A stretch of 64,000 nucleotides of DNA from Planctomycetota bacterium (GTDB lineage Bacteria > Planctomycetota > UBA1135 > UBA2386). Position numbers and translations under genes: made by a program. The notes below the pieces were generated by a model. The model was not told where the DNA came from and ran no database searches. It was given only the letters and a program-made list of their open reading frames with translations. Location of the stretch: contig JBEGVB010000052.1 in assembly GCA_041178545.1 (NCBI GenBank), positions 37,850 to 101,849 of the forward strand, in the 5' to 3' direction. Numbering within the stretch: position 1 is the stretch's first letter; each line of letters starts with the position of its first letter. Shown in pieces: positions 46,240 to 55,392 of this stretch.

Positions 46240-47976
46240 TCAGTGGACCACACTCTGCAGGGACGGTGGCAGTTCCATGGTCGCCAGGTGGGCCCGCAAG
46301 CGCTCGAAGCGGTCGCTGTCGCCTTCCGCTGCTGCCTCGCTCCACCGCCACAAGGTCTCCTGCAGCGGGCCTGCATCCGGGTCCTCGGTGGCGATCGCGA
46401 GCCAAGGCCGCGCTGCCGCCGGTCCATCGCGCAGCAAGGTCTCCACGCCACGCTCCCAGGCTGCCTCGGCAAGGGGCTTGCGGATCCGTTCCCACTCGCC
46501 GCCCGCTGGCAGCAGCGCAAAGGCTGCGTCCGCCTCGGCACGGAACCGCGTCCACGCGTCGCGCATGCCGGGACGCACCGAGGTCTCGGCTGCTTCGATC
46601 TGGGCCCGTGCCGACACGAAGTCGCCGGTGTGGAACAGGTAGATGGCCCGTTCCGTGGGCCAGCTCATCCACCACGACCATGTGGTCACCCCGAGCACGA
46701 CGACCAGCGTGGTCGCGATGGCGCGACGCAGCAGGCGCCCGCGCCCGTGGAACCGTTCGCGGAAACCCGGTTCGCTCTCCCACCGCCAGAGCACGCGCAG
46801 CCGCGCGTTCTCACTGGGGTGCCGCAGCGTCGACTTCCCCGCGTCGTGGTCCATCAGCTCCCCCACGCGCCGCAGTGCGAGTGCGCAGGGTGCCGCGCCG
46901 CCCAAGGCCTCTGCGGACAGCACGTCTGCCTCGAACTCGAACCGGTGGCCGACGTGCCGCACCGTGAACCAGCCGATGCCGGCGAGGGCGACACCGCCGA
47001 GGCCGAGCAGCAGCGGGTCCGCGGAATCGAGGTCGAGTTGCTGCAGTGGGTGCAGCAGCAAGAGCGGGATCACGACGAACAGCACCAGCAGCAGGCCCGG
47101 GTGGCCGGCCTTGGCGTGGCCGACCTCGTGGGCCACCACGCCGCGCAGCGAGCCCGCGTCCAGGACCGACATGAGGCCGTCGGTGAGCACGAGGTAGCGG
47201 GGCCACGGCAGTGGTCCCACCATGGCTGCATTGACCATCCGGTACCCGGTGTCGAGGGCCAGCAGCCCGCGGGCAGGGAACCCGAGCCGGTCGACGAAGC
47301 CGTGAAGGTCGTCGGCAAGGTGCGGCGGGAGCCTGCGCGTGGTGCCCATCAGCACGCGGAAGAGCAGCGGCAGCACGAGTCCCAGCAGCAGCAGGAACGC
47401 GACGATGCCGAGGGTGAGCCCCAGCGACGTCGTGTGGAAGAACACCTCCGTCCTGCGGTCGAGCCCCACCAGGTCGAGGCAGGTGCCGTAGAGCAGCAGC
47501 GGTACCGTCAGGAAGGCCAGCATGGCCATGCCCTCCCGCGCGTCCGGTGCCTGCGGGACCGCCATGCCGGCCAGTTCCAGCTGCCGCCGCAGCCGCTGGT
47601 CGCACAGCAGCCGCAGCAGCTCAAGGACGAGCAGCGGCAACACCTGCAGGACGAGCAACGCGAGGTGGCTCCCGCTCCCTGCGCGCGTCGAGAAGTCGAG
47701 CCAGCAACCGGCGGTGAGGAATGCGAAGTAGCTGGCAGGCACCGAGGCCGGCAAGGCGAGGAGCGCAAGGCGCGCAGCGAGCGCGGGCCTGCGCCCGCGG
47801 GCCAGGAGGACGCCCAGTGCCGTACTGCTCGCGAGCCCGAGCAGCAACGGCAGGAACAGCAGCCAGCCGTGTGCGAGTGCCACGTCGAGGGTCCCTGCCC
47901 CCGGGAGCACCTCGTACAGCTCTGGTGCGAGGGCGAGGGCCAGCAGACCGATGACGAAGGGGACGGGGACGATCAT
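46240..47976 (-). CDS. Polytopic membrane M48-family zinc metallopeptidase (HEVGH) with a C-terminal soluble domain
   Basis: ATG 47976 within track ORF 46240..48882. Multiple TM helices. VVAHEVGHAKAGH plus a downstream EFEAD glutamate motif. Confidence 0.8.
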   Translation of the reverse strand: MIVPVPFVIGLLALALAPELYEVLPGAGTLDVALAHGWLLFLPLLLGLASSTALGVLLARGRRPALAARLALLALPASVPASYFAFLTAGCWLDFSTRAGSGSHLALLVLQVLPLLVLELLRLLCDQRLRRQLELAGMAVPQAPDAREGMAMLAFLTVPLLLYGTCLDLVGLDRRTEVFFHTTSLGLTLGIVAFLLLLGLVLPLLFRVLMGTTRRLPPHLADDLHGFVDRLGFPARGLLALDTGYRMVNAAMVGPLPWPRYLVLTDGLMSVLDAGSLRGVVAHEVGHAKAGHPGLLLVLFVVIPLLLLHPLQQLDLDSADPLLLGLGGVALAGIGWFTVRHVGHRFEFEADVLSAEALGGAAPCALALRRVGELMDHDAGKSTLRHPSENARLRVLWRWESEPGFRERFHGRGRLLRRAIATTLVVVLGVTTWSWWMSWPTERAIYLFHTGDFVSARAQIEAAETSVRPGMRDAWTRFRAEADAAFALLPAGGEWERIRKPLAEAAWERGVETLLRDGPAAARPWLAIATEDPDAGPLQETLWRWSEAAAEGDSDRFERLRAHLATMELPPSLQSVVH

Positions 47977-49004
47977 CCCTTGCCGTCCCCCTGGCTCTTG
48001 GCGGGCGGCTCGGCAGGGGCCGGGAACATGCGTTCGAGCCATGGCACCCAGCGCGGGTCGCGGCGCAACAGGTCCAGTTCGGGATCCTTCTCGAGGACGC
48101 GACGTGCCACCCGGAGGGACGGGTCCGTGGACCGGTCGAGCTGCAGTGCTGCGAGGCGCTCGAGTGCAGCGAAACCCCTCCCCACGTCGCCTGTCAACGC
48201 GTGCAGGCACGCAGCCTGGTACCAGTCCGCGGGCCACAACCGGTGCCCGCCTGCGTCCGCCATGGCCTGCATGGCAAGGTGCTCGCGCAACGCGGCGGCG
48301 GGGTCGCGCAGCCGCACGAGGATCGTGGACAGGTCGCGGAGTGCGTCGATGCGGTCCTCGGCGTCCCCTTCCGTGCTCGCCTGCCGACGCTCCTCGAGGA
48401 ACGGCTGCACGTAGCGCGGGTGCCCCCACTGGTGCATCGCGCACGCGAGCGCCAGCCGCAGGTCCTGCGGCTCGATCTCGGTGTCCTCGACCAGTGCGAC
48501 GATGCCCTCCATGGCGTCGGCACGGGGCGGCAGCGGCAGCAGGTCGCGCAGCGGCATCACCAGCCGCACCCGGTGGTTGTCGGCAAACCAGTCCGGCGTC
48601 TCCAGCAGCAGCCGCAGGAACAACTCGCCCACGAACGGCTGCAATGGTTGCAGCGGCAGGTACTGCCCTGCATAGCTCATCTCGCTGCGGTCCTCCCGCT
48701 CCACGAACGCGAGGCTCACCTTGGTCGCCAGCTCCGCCAGGCCCTTGGCGCGCGGCGTGTCGGCAGGCTTCGCGGCGGCCAGCTCGCTGCCGAGGACCGG
48801 CAGCCCCACGGCAGGGTCCTCGAGGACGGCCACGAGGGTGCGCTGCAGGAGCGCCTGGTCGACCTGGTCGCTCGCAACCCACCGTTCGACGGCCTCGCGC
48901 ACGCGCGCAGGCGGGTCCGCCTGCGGCTTCGTCCCCGTGTCGCCCTGCTGGGCGGCTGCGAGGGAAGCCAACCCCAACAGGAGGCCTGCAGTCAGGTGGC
49001 GCAT
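47973..49004 (-). CDS. Secreted helical-repeat protein of unknown function
   Basis: Signal peptide MRHLTAGLLLGLASLAAAQQ. All-helical character. The stop overlaps the M48 peptidase start (ATGA). Confidence 0.65.
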   Translation of the reverse strand: MRHLTAGLLLGLASLAAAQQGDTGTKPQADPPARVREAVERWVASDQVDQALLQRTLVAVLEDPAVGLPVLGSELAAAKPADTPRAKGLAELATKVSLAFVEREDRSEMSYAGQYLPLQPLQPFVGELFLRLLLETPDWFADNHRVRLVMPLRDLLPLPPRADAMEGIVALVEDTEIEPQDLRLALACAMHQWGHPRYVQPFLEERRQASTEGDAEDRIDALRDLSTILVRLRDPAAALREHLAMQAMADAGGHRLWPADWYQAACLHALTGDVGRGFAALERLAALQLDRSTDPSLRVARRVLEKDPELDLLRRDPRWVPWLERMFPAPAEPPAKSQGDGKG

Positions 49005-49013
49005 GGCGCCTTT

Positions 49014-49715
49014 CTAGCCCGCGCGCGGCACCACATACAGGGGCCCGCCTGCGGGCAGCGGTGCGAAGGCAAGCGCGACGAGGAAGCGTGCGAGCGATGG
49101 CACCGGCAGCCAGGTCGAAGGGTCCGCACCGGGCATCGCGGCACGGTTCTTCCCGGTGTCGAGGATCCCGGGCATGGCCACGGCCACGTCGACGCCGCTG
49201 CCGTGCAGGTCGAGGGCAAGGGTGCGCGCGTACTCGTGCAGCGCCGCCTTGCTGGCGAGGTAGTTCGCCATGCCGCTGCCGATGCCCACGGCATCGGCGC
49301 CGGTGAACACGATGCGCCCTGCCCGACGGCGACGGAAGCGGCCCACGACGGCGCGTGCGAGGGTCGCGGGTGCAAGCAGGTTGGACTCGACCAGTGCGGC
49401 CAGCTCGCCTGCGGGGTCCGCACCGACAGGCCCGAAGGCATAGGCCCCCTGGGTCGCGACCATGGCGTCGACCGGGCCCAGTGCGTCCGTGGCACCCTTC
49501 ACGAACCCTGCTGCCGCCTCACCGTCCGCGGCACCCACGCAGCCGACCAGCACCCCGGTCCCCGGGAAGCGTGCGCGCAGCGGCTCGACCTGCCACGGTC
49601 GGCGCACGGCCAGCGCGAGCCGTGCCCCGGCCTCGTGGAGCTGCCGCGCAACCTCCGCACCCACCTCGCCGGTGGCGCCCCCCAGCAACACGACCTTGCC
49701 GCGCAGGTTGTCCAT
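49014..49715 (-). CDS. Short-chain dehydrogenase/reductase (SDR) family protein
   Basis: ATG 49715 within track ORF 49014..51038. Rossmann motif VVLLGGATGEVG. YLASKAAL is the catalytic Y-x3-K. Confidence 0.8.
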   Translation of the reverse strand: MDNLRGKVVLLGGATGEVGAEVARQLHEAGARLALAVRRPWQVEPLRARFPGTGVLVGCVGAADGEAAAGFVKGATDALGPVDAMVATQGAYAFGPVGADPAGELAALVESNLLAPATLARAVVGRFRRRRAGRIVFTGADAVGIGSGMANYLASKAALHEYARTLALDLHGSGVDVAVAMPGILDTGKNRAAMPGADPSTWLPVPSLARFLVALAFAPLPAGGPLYVVPRAG

Positions 49716-49732
49716 GCCGGTGGACGAAGGGG

Positions 49733-50299
49733 TCAGAACTGGACCTTGACGTTCTTGCGCTCGGCAACGTCCTCGAGCTCGAAGTGCTCGGCGGCGCGGA
49801 ACCCGAACATGCCCGCGAACACCACCGCGGGGAACACCTCGATCGAGGTGTTGTAGCGCATGACCGTGTCGTTGTAGGCCTGCCGCGCGAAGCCGATGCG
49901 GTTCTCGGTGGAGGCCAGTTCCTCCTGCAGCTTGAGCATGTTCTCGTTGGCGCGCAGCTGCGGGTAGTTCTCGGCCACCGCGAACAGCGAGCGCAGGGTG
50001 CCGCTGAGGGCGTTCTCGGCCTTCGCGTGCTCGCCCACGGTGCTGGCGTCCACGGCAACCTGCCGCGCCCGGACCACGGCCTCCAGCGTGGAGCTCTCGT
50101 GCTTCATGTAACCCTTCGCCGTCTCCACGAGGTTGGGCACCAGGTCGTGGCGGCGCTTGAGCTGCACGTCGATCTGGCTCCACGCGTTCTTGGTCTCGTT
50201 GCGTCCGCGCACGAGGCCGTTGTAGATGCCGATGGCGAAGAGGAAGAGCAGCGCGGCCGTGCCGAGCAGGACCAGCAGGACGATCCAGGACGTGTCCAT
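49733..50299 (-). CDS. lemA: LemA family protein
   Basis: ATG 50299 within track ORF 49733..50521. N-terminal TM then YNGLVRGRNETKNAWSQIDVQLKRRHDLVPNLVETAKGY...ENYPQLRANENMLKLQEEL, the LemA signature. Confidence 0.9.
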   Translation of the reverse strand: MDTSWIVLLVLLGTAALLFLFAIGIYNGLVRGRNETKNAWSQIDVQLKRRHDLVPNLVETAKGYMKHESSTLEAVVRARQVAVDASTVGEHAKAENALSGTLRSLFAVAENYPQLRANENMLKLQEELASTENRIGFARQAYNDTVMRYNTSIEVFPAVVFAGMFGFRAAEHFELEDVAERKNVKVQF

Positions 50300-50301
50300 G
50301 T

Positions 50302-51123
50302 TCAGGGCTCCTTGGTGACGATGCCACGGTAGACGTGGCGCACGGGTCCCTCCAGCACAATGCCGTCGACCCCGCGGTGGACGACCAGGGTGCCGCCGCG
50401 CATGTGCACCGCGACCGGGAACGAGGCTGCACGGCCTTGTGCAACGGATGCGAGCGCGGCCACTGCGGCACCGGTGCCGCAGGCGAGGGTCTCGCCGCTG
50501 CCCCGCTCGAACACCCTGCACGCGAGTCCTGCAGGGGAGGCGTGGACGAACTCCACGTTGACGCCATCCGGGAAGGCCGGGTGACGCTGGAATGCAGGGC
50601 CGAGCACCCCCACTGGGTGTGCCTCGAGCTCACCCTCGACGAACACCACCGCGTGCGGGTTGCCAGCACAACCCTCCACCACCTCCAGGTCCTGCCCGGC
50701 CACCGACAGCCGGCGCGCGGGCGAAACCTGCACCGCACCGAGGTCGGCGCGCGCGCTGGTGGCAAAGCCGTCCGGCCCCGCGGGACCGAGCGCCACGGTG
50801 CGCAAGCCTGCTGCCGTGGCCACGCGCACTGCCGCCGGGTCGGTTGCGAGCCCGAGGTGGTGTGCCAGGGCTGCAAGGCACCGCAGCCCGTTGCCACACA
50901 TCGCGCCCTCCGACCCGTCTGCGTTCCACATGCGCATGGTGACGTCGCATCCTGGTGTGTTCGGCAGCAGGAGCAGCAACCCGTCGGCGCCGATGCCGCG
51001 GTGGCGGTCGGACCACTCGCGAGCCAGCCGTGGCGCACGGTCGACGGGGAACGGCTGCGAGACCGCGTCCACGAACACGTAGTCGTTGCCGGCGCCGTCC
51101 ATCTTGTGGAACGCGAGTTCCAT
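50302..51123 (-). CDS. dapF: Diaminopimelate epimerase
   Basis: ATG 51123 within track ORF 50302..52251. FHKMDGAGNDYVFVD, the first catalytic Cys MCGNGLRC and the second ACGTGAAV. Confidence 0.9.
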   Translation of the reverse strand: MELAFHKMDGAGNDYVFVDAVSQPFPVDRAPRLAREWSDRHRGIGADGLLLLLPNTPGCDVTMRMWNADGSEGAMCGNGLRCLAALAHHLGLATDPAAVRVATAAGLRTVALGPAGPDGFATSARADLGAVQVSPARRLSVAGQDLEVVEGCAGNPHAVVFVEGELEAHPVGVLGPAFQRHPAFPDGVNVEFVHASPAGLACRVFERGSGETLACGTGAAVAALASVAQGRAASFPVAVHMRGGTLVVHRGVDGIVLEGPVRHVYRGIVTKEP

Positions 51124-52505
51124 CAGCCCACCGCGAACTCGTCGCCCTTCGCAGGCACCTCCACACCCTGGAAGCCGGCGTCGCGAAGCCGCTGGGCGTA
51201 GGTGTTGGCCGCAGGCTCCTCGCCGTGCACGACGAACACGTTGCGGCACGTGGAGGCGAGGTGCCGGCTCGCGGCAAACAACTCGTCGCCGTCGGCATGG
51301 GCGCTGAATCCCGGCATGAAGCGCACCTTGCAGCGCACGTCGAACTCGTCGCCGAGGATCTTCACCCGGTCCCAGCCGTCGAGCAGCTTGCGCCCGAGGG
51401 TGCCCTCGGCCTGGAAGCCGACGATGAGGACGCAGTCCTCCTTGCGCCCGACACTCTGCTTGAGGTGGTGCAGGATGCGACCCGACTCGCACATGCCCGA
51501 GGCGGCAATGACCACGCCGCTGCGCATCGCGTTGAGCGACATCGACTCCTGGACGTCGGCCACGTAACGCACGCCGTCGAAGTAGAAGGGGTGGTGTCCC
51601 TCGCGCAGCAGCTTGGCGGTCTCCGCGTCGAAGAGGTCCGGGTGGCGCGCCATCACCTTGGTGGCCTCCTGGCTCATGGGCGAGTCGACGAACACGGGGA
51701 TGCGCGGGATCTCGCCCTTCTGCATCAGCTCGCCCAGGAAGAGCACCACGTGCTGTGTCCTGCCCACGGCAAACGCCGGGATCAGCAGCCTGCCGCCGTC
51801 CTGCATCTCCTCGCGCAAGATCGTGGCGAGGTGCTGTTTCATGTCGCCCAGCTGCTCGTGTTGCCGGTCGCCGTAGGTGGACTCGGTGATGAGCACGTCG
51901 CACGGCGGGATGCGCTCGGGGTCCTTGAGGATCGGCAACTGCTTCCTGCCGTGGTCCCCGGTGAACACGATGCGCCTGCGCACGCCCTTGCTCTCCGCGT
52001 CGACCACCACGATGGCGGCGCCGAGGATGTGGCCGGCGTCGAGGAACTCGACCCTTGCCCCGGGCACGGGCTCGAACGGGTGGTGGTACGGGACGCCGCG
52101 CACGAGCTTCAGCGTCTTCTGCACGTCCTCCTCGTCGTAGAGCGGTTCGACGTCGTGCCCGTGCTTGCGCAGGTACCTTGCGTCCGACACCTGGATCTTG
52201 GCTGCGTCGAGCAGCATCACGCGCAACAGGTCGGCGGTGCCGTCGGTGCACCAGATTGCGCCGTCGTAGCCCTGTTTCACGAGGCGCGGGAGGGCGCCAC
52301 AGTGGTCGATGTGTGCGTGCGAGAGCACGACCACGTCGACATCACCCGGTCCTAAGGGCAGGTTGCGGTTGGCCTCGTTGGCGATGCGCCGCGGACCTTG
52401 CACGAGGCCGCAGTCGAGCAGGATGCGCTGGCCACCGACCGTGAGCAGGTGCTTCGAGCCGGTGACGTGACGCGCTGCGCCCAGGAAGGAGAGACGGATG
52501 CTCAT
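51123..52505 (-). CDS. MBL-fold beta-CASP family hydrolase (RNA-metabolising metallo-beta-lactamase)
   Basis: LSHAHIDHCGALP (HxHxDH), ESTYGDR, GRTQ and SAHAD motifs of beta-CASP nucleases. Confidence 0.85.
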   Translation of the reverse strand: MSIRLSFLGAARHVTGSKHLLTVGGQRILLDCGLVQGPRRIANEANRNLPLGPGDVDVVVLSHAHIDHCGALPRLVKQGYDGAIWCTDGTADLLRVMLLDAAKIQVSDARYLRKHGHDVEPLYDEEDVQKTLKLVRGVPYHHPFEPVPGARVEFLDAGHILGAAIVVVDAESKGVRRRIVFTGDHGRKQLPILKDPERIPPCDVLITESTYGDRQHEQLGDMKQHLATILREEMQDGGRLLIPAFAVGRTQHVVLFLGELMQKGEIPRIPVFVDSPMSQEATKVMARHPDLFDAETAKLLREGHHPFYFDGVRYVADVQESMSLNAMRSGVVIAASGMCESGRILHHLKQSVGRKEDCVLIVGFQAEGTLGRKLLDGWDRVKILGDEFDVRCKVRFMPGFSAHADGDELFAASRHLASTCRNVFVVHGEEPAANTYAQRLRDAGFQGVEVPAKGDEFAVG

Positions 52506-53416
52506 CGGGGCCCCAGTCCCACGCGCTCGCTGTTCTTGAAGTGCATCTTGGCGACACGGGCGAGCAGTGCTGCGCCGCCGACGGTCACCACCCGGCGAGC
52601 CGCCTTGTCCACCGGGTCACCAGCACCCTTGTGCAGGTCGCATGCGCAGGTCTCCTCGCAGCGCTTCATGCCCTCGAGGAAGTGCACCCGCGCCACGATG
52701 GAGGCAGCTGCAACGACCGGGTGGGCCTCCGCCCGCACCGCCTGCACGAACCGTCGCGGCACCGCGCCAGCGCGCTGCAGCCTGGGACCGATGAGGTCCT
52801 TGGCGCTGAACTGGTCGACGAGGACGGTGGCCTCCGGGTGCCGCCGCACCAGCGCGGCAATTGCGTCCGCGTGCATCGAGGCGAGCACCTCGTTGACGTT
52901 GCCCAGCTCCTGCCAACGGGCGTTGTATTCCTCGGGCATCAGCACGCGCACCTCGGCGTCGAGCGTCCGTTCGATGTGCTCTGCCATCGGCGGCATCCGG
53001 GAGTCCCCCAGCGTCTTGGAGTCCGCGACGCCCATGGCCCGCAGCCCGGCCTCGTCTGCTGGTGTTGCGTGCACGGCAGCCACCACCAGTGGGCCGAAGT
53101 AGTCGCCCTTGCCGGCCTCGTCCGAACCGATGGTCGGCACGTCGAAGGGGATCGGCAGTGGCGCAGCTGCCTGGGTCGCGGGCTCGACCGCATCCAGCTC
53201 GCCGAGGAAGCGTGCGACGAACCCGTCGATGTCCTTGCCCTGCAGCACCACCTTGCCGCTGCGGTAGCACACCAGGTTGACGCCCAGAGCCTTCACCGCG
53301 AACGCTGCGTGGTCCACCGTGCGCCACTCAGCGTCGGGCGGCAGTTGCTCACGCAGCCGTGTCCCGAGCCGGGCTGCGGCCTCGCCCCGCACCTGGAAGA
53401 CGCGCGTGCTGGTCAC
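52502..53416 (-). CDS. rnhC: Ribonuclease HIII
   Basis: GTG 53416 overlaps the upstream stop. An N-terminal domain of about 85 aa is followed by IGSDEAGKGDYFGPLVVAAV and DSKTL, the RNase HIII-type variant of the RNase HII fold. Confidence 0.8.
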   Translation of the reverse strand: MTSTRVFQVRGEAAARLGTRLREQLPPDAEWRTVDHAAFAVKALGVNLVCYRSGKVVLQGKDIDGFVARFLGELDAVEPATQAAAPLPIPFDVPTIGSDEAGKGDYFGPLVVAAVHATPADEAGLRAMGVADSKTLGDSRMPPMAEHIERTLDAEVRVLMPEEYNARWQELGNVNEVLASMHADAIAALVRRHPEATVLVDQFSAKDLIGPRLQRAGAVPRRFVQAVRAEAHPVVAAASIVARVHFLEGMKRCEETCACDLHKGAGDPVDKAARRVVTVGGAALLARVAKMHFKNSERVGLGPR

Positions 53417-53733
53417 TTCTGGACGGTGACGGTGCGCGACGTGGAGGTCAGCGGCAGCAGGATCGGCATCAGCATGAAGTCGGTCAGGCTGAACGACGAC
53501 TCGACCGCGTAGCCGTTGAGGCCGTCGGCCATCCGCAGGGTGTCGACCTCGTTGAACGGGACCAGCCCGAACAGGATGTAGTACTGCCTTGCGCTGGCCT
53601 TGCCGACGCCCGTGGGACCGACGCCCACCACGTGACGGTTGGACATGCAGCTGGTGCCGAGGGACAGCAGTGCAACCGAGGCGAGGACACATGCTGCCCG
53701 GCGCGTGCGGAGGGATGCGTTGGAGGGTGCCAC
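53413..53733 (-). CDS. Bor-like lipoprotein
   Basis: GTG 53733 within track ORF 53413..53988. Lipobox LSLGTSC. QYYILFGLVPFNEVDTLRMADG...TDFMLMPILLP resembles the Bor family. The start is uncertain. Confidence 0.5.
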   Translation of the reverse strand: MAPSNASLRTRRAACVLASVALLSLGTSCMSNRHVVGVGPTGVGKASARQYYILFGLVPFNEVDTLRMADGLNGYAVESSFSLTDFMLMPILLPLTSTSRTVTVQK

Positions 53734-53743
53734 GGCGCTCGTT

Positions 53744-54373
53744 TTACCAGCACGCGAGCTCGGCGCGCGCCTTGTTCTCGGCATCCGCGAGCCGGCGCTC
53801 GACCTCGGCAGCGAGTGCCGTGGCCTGCGCCTCGTCGACCTCGGCGGGCACCTCGAGTGGCTCTGCGAACCACAGTGCGATGCGCGCGAACGGCAACGGC
53901 AGCACGAAGCGGTCCCAGCTGGCGAACTGCTTCGCGGGACGGGCGGCACCGGCCACAGGGTGGATGGTGCGCCCCGAGGCGGCGGCAAGACGGATGAGGC
54001 CGGGTTTCACGGTGCCGCGAGGCCCCTTCGGACCATCAGGGGTGATGACCCATGGCCGCCCTTCGCCGTCGCGCAGCAGTTCGGTCACGGCCTCGCGCGC
54101 ACCTCGCGTCGACGAGCCGCGCACCGTGCGGAACCCGATGCGCTCCACGGCCTGTGCGATGACCTCGCCGTCGCGGTGGCGGCTGATCATGATGACGGCT
54201 CCCGAGCGCCGGAACCGGAAGGCAGGCAACAACAGGTTGCCGTGCAGGAGCGCGTAGAGGTGTGGGCCGATCGTCACGTTGCCGCACAGCTTGATGCGCC
54301 AGGTGAGGCCGAGCAGCCGCACCACGCCGGCAACGAGGGCGCCGAGGACGGACGGCGACACGCGGATCCTCAT
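53744..54373 (-). CDS. DUF374 / lysophospholipid-acyltransferase-like protein
   Basis: ALLHGNLLLPAF...ISRHRDGEVIAQAVERIGFRTVRGSSTRGAREA...ITPDGPKGPRGTVKPG is the DUF374 pattern. Confidence 0.7.
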   Translation of the reverse strand: MRIRVSPSVLGALVAGVVRLLGLTWRIKLCGNVTIGPHLYALLHGNLLLPAFRFRRSGAVIMISRHRDGEVIAQAVERIGFRTVRGSSTRGAREAVTELLRDGEGRPWVITPDGPKGPRGTVKPGLIRLAAASGRTIHPVAGAARPAKQFASWDRFVLPLPFARIALWFAEPLEVPAEVDEAQATALAAEVERRLADAENKARAELACW

Positions 54374-55392
54374 GCGGGAGGCTCCTGTTGCGACGCGGGT
54401 CCGGTTGGCGGCAGCGGGGTTTCCATGCGTTCACGCGCGAGGCGGTCGGCGCGAAGCCTCCGCACCATGGCCAGCGCGAGCAAGGGCAGTGCCGCGATCA
54501 TGGCGAAGGAGAAGCAGTTCGTGAGCAGCGCCCGCGCCCGCGCCCCAGACTCGTTGGCGAGGTAGTGCGCCCAACCGTCCTCCAGCTCGACCGAGGTCTT
54601 TCGCGTGAGCTGCACGAGTGCACCCATGAGCGTGGTCTGCTCGTCCACCATCCGGACCGCCTGCAGCAACAGCGTGAGCCCGTACTCGCGCTCCAGCCAG
54701 CTCACGAACGAGTAGCTCTGCGCGTAGGCGGCCTGCAGCTCACCCGGTGACTCGGGGAAGCGTCCGGCCAGCTCGCTGAAGCGCAGCATGCGTCCTGCGC
54801 CCGCACGCCACACGAGGTCCTCCTCGCGCGCGCCGAGGTAGCTGTCGCGTGCCAGGGTCTGTGCGATGCCCTCGTGGAACCAGCGCGGCAGCCTGCGCGC
54901 GGCAGGGCCTGCGTACTGGTCCAGCATCAGGTGGACCAGTTCGTGGTCCACCACCGGTGCCAGGTCCGAGCGCGGCACGGCGCGTGCCTCGCGCAGGAAG
55001 AGGCGGATCGTGCGCGTGTCGAGTTCCGCCATCCCCGGTGCGCCCTCGTGGACCGTACCTTGCAAGCCAGGCGGCATGCTGGCCGCGCTGGAGTGCACCA
55101 CCACCCGGAACGGCGCGGGCACCATGCCCTCGAAGTGTGCCGCCATGCGCACGAGTCCACCCTGCGTGTGCTCCTCGACCCGGCTGAGCACGGCTGCTGC
55201 CACGTCGCCGTCGCCGGCGAGCACCGCAAACGGGGCACCGGGGCCCTGCATCGCCTGCGCAGCGACCGGGAGCCCGCACCACAGTGCGAGGAGGACCGAG
55301 AGCAAGAGGTGGCAGGCGGACACGGGACGGCTCCGGCTTGGGCCACCCACGTGCCCGACGGAAGGGGGCCGTTGTCCCGTGCCTGCACTCAC
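54370..55392 (-). CDS. Exported MA-clan zinc metallopeptidase-like protein (HELVH ... HEGIA) with a C-terminal TM anchor
   Basis: GTG 55392 overlaps the upstream stop (GTGA). Signal-like LLLSVLLALWCGLPVAAQA. VVDHELVHLMLDQY plus WFHEGIAQTLA. C-terminal TM FSFAMIAALPLLALAMV. Confidence 0.6.
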   Translation of the reverse strand: MSAGTGQRPPSVGHVGGPSRSRPVSACHLLLSVLLALWCGLPVAAQAMQGPGAPFAVLAGDGDVAAAVLSRVEEHTQGGLVRMAAHFEGMVPAPFRVVVHSSAASMPPGLQGTVHEGAPGMAELDTRTIRLFLREARAVPRSDLAPVVDHELVHLMLDQYAGPAARRLPRWFHEGIAQTLARDSYLGAREEDLVWRAGAGRMLRFSELAGRFPESPGELQAAYAQSYSFVSWLEREYGLTLLLQAVRMVDEQTTLMGALVQLTRKTSVELEDGWAHYLANESGARARALLTNCFSFAMIAALPLLALAMVRRLRADRLARERMETPLPPTGPASQQEPPA

